From NCBI GenBank assembly GCA_965649765.1, contig OZ287755.1:31496001-31560000 (forward strand): a DNA stretch of 64,000 nt, written 5' to 3'. A model generated the notes under the pieces. That model worked only from the letters and a program-made list of their open reading frames with translations. It had not been told where the DNA came from and did not search any database. Each line of letters opens with the position of its first letter. Positions within the stretch are counted from its first letter, which is position 1. Below are positions 60,811 through 64,000 of the stretch, one piece after another. This DNA is from Bispira polyomma. Taxonomy: Eukaryota. The position numbers and the translations under genes were made by a program.

Positions 60811-63800
60811 AGGTATAATTTTACTATTATATTTACTCATGCCCATTCTGCTAGTAATTTGTAGAATCTGCCAAATTTAAAAAGAAAGTAATCTAATCGA
60901 GTCTCAGATATTTGAAATAAATTCTTTATATTTTTAACATATATTAGTTTAATAGAACAAATGTGAGCCTTAACTCATGTTACAAGAACTACAGAACATT
61001 GTGGCAGACGTTTGAGCTTGAGTACATCATTTTTAACTGATGACATTATTGCCCCCTGGTCCTGCTGAGTGGATGAATATCCAAACACATGGACCATAGA
61101 ATGTGTGATAATCCGCCATTAGTACCCTGATTACTGATCTAAAAACAAGTAGTTATAATATTAATGGAAACAATAGGACAACAGTTATTGTGAAAAATTA
61201 GCATTTTGATTTCTCAAGTTGAAAAAACCCAGAAAACGAACAAAAAAGAAACAAAACAGAATTCTTTGTTTTTGTTTGCACTGTTACTAAGCATTGCAGT
61301 AGAAAAAACCTGTCAACCATGTTGTACAGCTTCACGATAAACTCTATTTAACTATGTTTACAATAGTGTTTCTCTATTACGTAGGATGATAAACATAGAT
61401 ATCAAAGAATTTGCCTATACCCAAATACCCTTTGACTAAAAAATAGCAGATTGGTGAAAATGATTTAGACAAATTTCTTACAATTCAGTATTATTCATGA
61501 TGCAAGCAAAACAACACAAAACTAACATTGACAAATAAAACCTGTTGAAAGATCGCTTTTTTCTGGAAATATAATTGTTTTTTTTGCCCATCATATCATG
61601 TTTTTTTTGGCGCCAAAGTTATATGCTAAAGCCATTCTCCATTCATCAGCTTCAGTGTGAAAGTTTTATTAATATAGGAAGATAGATAATCTAAATTATT
61701 GTTCATCACAATACGTATTATATTATTAGCAAATCTGCCTACTTGGAAAGGTAAAGAAATGCATAAAGGGAACACAAAAACTCTCCATTATCCCTCCAAA
61801 TGTACCATGCAACATGATAGTTGTTGAGCAAAAGGTGTTTCTAACAAATTCATAGATTTCTATTCTTTATCAAATTCTGATTAAATTCAATGTCACCATA
61901 TAAAGCTGCTTTTTCTGAACAGACCTCCCACCTTGCCACTTGTCTTCCCTTCAGTAACCTCAAGAGAGAAATGACTTATGTGTTTCCTCTAATAAACCCA
62001 CCAAGAGGGCTCGATGTGGAGATTTCTCAATTGCTGCCCATTTGTAAATATGAAATAGTCTCCGGTTGAGATCACTCCTCTTAGATTCCTCTCTGTATAC
62101 ACCCACATCCATCCTTATGACCTGGCTATGTTTTTGGACTTCTCAATTGACGATGCCTCACATAAAAATAATGCCATCAAGTGATTAGTTTTAAAGAACT
62201 CTCCACTAATATTTTAAGGTTGGCTGTACACCATAAGTACAGAAACAGATTTTGGACATGGATTTTTTAAAGTCTTAGTTGCTCGGACAAAATATAATTT
62301 GTTCCATAACTTGTGGTGTTTTAATAGACTCCAAAGGTAGACTGTGTAAACCTGTGCTTTCATTGTGTCAGATGTACAAGATCAAATATCGGCAGATGCT
62401 TTGGAAAAAATCTGATTATCTTGCAGATTTTGTGGTGTTTTTGTGCAATATATAAATTTTAAATGTATTCTAATGATATGTGATATATTTTTATCAGCTG
62501 CGTGAAACCATAAATCAGCCGACGTCTGACAGAAAGTTTTAATATAAATCGGCAGCATAGAAACCAGATTCAATGGTGAAAGAAACCAGTGCTGAAGCCT
62601 TGTAAACCACCGACCAAGTACAAAATTGTTTGGCTACCCTTGCATTAATATGTACATATTTTAGAGTTTCAATAAATGGCAGAACTTCTATACTCTTGAT
62701 ACACAAAATTTCCGAATTTGTCTGTGCACACTAGCACATCACTACATGCAGAAAATATTCACATAAATAGAAAACAAAATGCCATTCTTGAACAATATGT
62801 GAACATGGTATTGCCTTTTGATGACAACCAATTGACGATGTACTAAGGTCATGATTAATGGTTTATCAATTCTGGTGCTCTGGAAGATGCCTGGCATCAG
62901 TGAGGCATGTTAAAAAGTGCACATTACACTACTCTACACACATCAAGCACTTCTCCTTCAATTTAAGTGTTATTTTTTTGTTCACATTGTAATATTATAA
63001 TGCACTATCTATTACACTTACTAACACATATAAATAAAATACATCCCATACCATTTTTTAAAGGTTTTTTATTTATACCTTTCTCAAAATCAATTGATTC
63101 AAATATTATCTTTAACAAATAAATTAATTATATGGCTATGAATAACTGATAACATAATGAATCAGACTCCACAACCAAGATATTCAGTAGTATTCCCTAG
63201 AGATGTGTTGTCCTTACAAACATGTAGGATATCTCTCTTCGGGTCTTTAATCTTTTCATTATTTCTTTGTATCCCCAAGAAAAAGAGCAGTGTAATGTTC
63301 TATATTAATTGTGGCTATTTTTGTACTATATAATCCTTTCTATATATCTTTCAAAAGTGCCACACTTCATGTATCTATTCATGTCATTTTTTGTTGTCTT
63401 GCTGTTGATGGGAGTAAACAAAAATATGTAAAAAAAGCTTTGTGACTTCATATTTCAATGCAGTTTGAAAGTTCTATTAAACCATGAAGTCAAACTATTG
63501 ATTGTTACTGGCATTTCCTTATATCATCACTCTGACATATGGTATTTTCATTTGAGATTTAGTTCTGTGTTTAAGTGTGAGTTATTTTCAACAGGGGTCC
63601 TGGGTGGTATTCTTCAAACATCTCGACCTCAACTCCGACTCAAGCTTTAAACTAAGGTTTCTCTATATCTGGCTAGTGTAAAGATAGGTAACATGAAAAT
63701 ATTGTATATTCGGCTCTGTTACAATTTATTTTGATGTAAAGTAAATAACAGATTGGCTTAATTTGGAAAGGTGTCTGAGTTGAAATTAGAGAAATACAGG

Positions 63801-64000
63801 CCCCAATCTTTTACCCAGGAGTGTCTTATGAGGAATGAAAGATTGAATGGTGATCATCACCCTGGGGGATATAGCGGCTAATTAGGGTTATAGACAAGAA
63901 CATTTGTTCAAGAACAGAGACAAAATGCCAGTTGGGAATAGCACCTTTGATATAATATTAAGGCACAGTTGTAGAATTGACTTTTCCTACAAGTTCTCAG

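Noticed and set aside
60900-64000. Short ORFs and possible exons near the window end
   Set aside because: No recognisable coding signal or consistent splice structure could be supported by eye.

Overview
AT-rich, repeat-dense eukaryotic DNA, most likely from an invertebrate animal. The only clear host gene is an intronless class A peptide GPCR of the FMRFamide/sex-peptide/myosuppressin-receptor-like group (23297-24709, +). The window is dominated by five divergent, decayed tyrosine-recombinase (DIRS-order, Ngaro-like) retrotransposons with gag, RT/RNaseH and YR and no visible methyltransferase: E1 (1-1442, -), E2 (~3327-8560), E5 (12196-~13850, gag remnant), E3 (14156-19232) and E4 (38041-43388). 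It also holds tRNA-derived SINEs with TSDs, L2/CR1 LINE fragments, two Harbinger-type MITEs, a hairpin MITE, a probable solo LTR, minisatellites and old local duplications. The main signal comes from comparing E2, E3 and E4 by eye, which suggests a retrovirus-like expression scheme. (i) A phase-1 splice donor in mid-gag and a phase-matched acceptor just after the pol stop would give a spliced Gag-YR fusion, with YR in the position env occupies in retroviruses. (ii) Gag-Pol appears to be made by UAG readthrough (E2, E4) or by a -1 frameshift with slippery site and hairpin (E3). (iii) E3 and E4 have precisely definable ends, show no long terminal repeats that I could find, and join into a short palindrome with a TGT overlap. 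All of this is manual reading without alignments or database searches; coordinates marked approximate may be off by tens of bases.
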